A stretch of DNA of 32,000 bases from Fibrobacterota bacterium (GTDB lineage Bacteria; Fibrobacterota; Fibrobacteria; UBA11236). The translations under genes were made by a program, and so were the position numbers. The DNA lies in the NCBI GenBank assembly GCA_028287505.1, contig JAQBPN010000076.1, positions 32,069 through 64,068 on the forward strand. The letters run 5' to 3'. Shown here in pieces: positions 31,292 through 32,000 of the stretch. Position 1 is the stretch's first letter, and each line of letters opens with the position of its first letter. Below the pieces are notes generated by a model. That model was not told where the DNA came from. It worked only from the letters and a program-made list of their open reading frames with translations, and searched no databases.

Positions 31292-32000
31292 ATGCCCCGC
31301 TATTATTTCGACCACAACGCCACCACTCCCTTGCACCCCGAGGTGGCCTCCGCCATGGCCGCCTTGCTTGGTGCCGCGCCGGCCGCGGGGCTTGGATTCG
31401 GAAACCCTTCCAGCATCCATTGGGCGGGGCGCGAGGCGCGCCGGCTGGTGGAGGACGCGCGCGAATCCCTGGCCCGCCTTATCGCCGTCGATCCCGGGGA
31501 AATCGTTTTCACCAGCGGAGGCACCGAGGCGGACAACCTTGCCATCCTTGGCGCGGCCGCATCCGGACGCCTGCGGGGACGTCACGCGGTGGCGGCATCC
31601 TTCGAACATCCCGCCGTCCTGGGGGCGTACCGCAAACTCGCGGCGGACGGCTGGGACATCACCTGGGTCGATCCGGACGCCAACGGAGTGGTTCAGGCGG
31701 AAGCCGTGGAAGGAAGCCTGCGCCCCGATACCGCATTGGTATCGGTGATGGCCGCCAACAATGAAACGGGCGCGGTGCAACCCGTGGCCGCCATCGGCCG
31801 CCTGCTGCGCGGACGCGGCATCCTGTTCCACTGCGACGGCGTGCAGGCCCTGGGCAAGCTGGCCGAGGTGCGGCCGCGCGAGTGGCGGGCGGATTACCTG
31901 GCCTTGTCGGCGCACAAGATCAACGGGCCGAAAGGCGTGGGCGCGCTGTACGTCCGCAAAGGGGCCCCGATGCAAGGGCTCACCCTGGGAGGTCCGCAGG
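31292..32000 (+). CDS. Cysteine desulfurase (NifS/IscS family), partial at window edge
   Basis: MPRYYFDHNATTPLHPEVASAM, GNPSSIHWAGREARRLVEDAR, VFTSGGTEADNLAI, HCDGVQALGKL, ALSAHKINGPKGVGALY (PLP lysine). Confidence 0.93.
   Translation, partial: MPRYYFDHNATTPLHPEVASAMAALLGAAPAAGLGFGNPSSIHWAGREARRLVEDARESLARLIAVDPGEIVFTSGGTEADNLAILGAAASGRLRGRHAVAASFEHPAVLGAYRKLAADGWDITWVDPDANGVVQAEAVEGSLRPDTALVSVMAANNETGAVQPVAAIGRLLRGRGILFHCDGVQALGKLAEVRPREWRADYLALSAHKINGPKGVGALYVRKGAPMQGLTLGGPQ

Overview
High-GC bacterial chromosomal window made up mostly of housekeeping genes. On the minus strand: asnB (partial), a 60-aa small ORF, a large secreted PQQ-type sugar dehydrogenase lipoprotein with CBM modules, an NtrC-type sigma54 activator, dnaJ-dnaK-grpE-hrcA, groEL-groES, lspA, a TPR protein, a DnaQ-like exonuclease, a DUF374-type acyltransferase, a small Cys/His-rich protein and mutM. 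On the plus strand: guaB, an ABC transporter / ICMT-like methyltransferase / waaA block, ispH, a glycosyltransferase-like protein, rpmB, a metX-metW fusion and a partial cysteine desulfurase. I found no CRISPR array, transposon, phage, toxin-antitoxin or recognisable defence system. The most interesting signals are: (1) a near-consensus -24/-12 sigma54 promoter (TGGCAC-N5-TTGC) with an upstream perfect palindrome in front of an unknown 60-aa ORF, about 4 kb from (2) a sigma54 activator with a degenerate receiver phosphosite and a GSYTGS loop, encoded directly downstream of dnaJ; (3) a MetX-MetW fusion; (4) an IMP dehydrogenase of the divergent Tritrichomonas foetus-like type; (5) strong intercistronic hairpins in both chaperone operons, with CIRCE seen only at groES; (6) a standalone protein resembling the N-terminal domain of L-arabinokinase. 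Family names come from reading the proteins and memory of the families; no database search was run.
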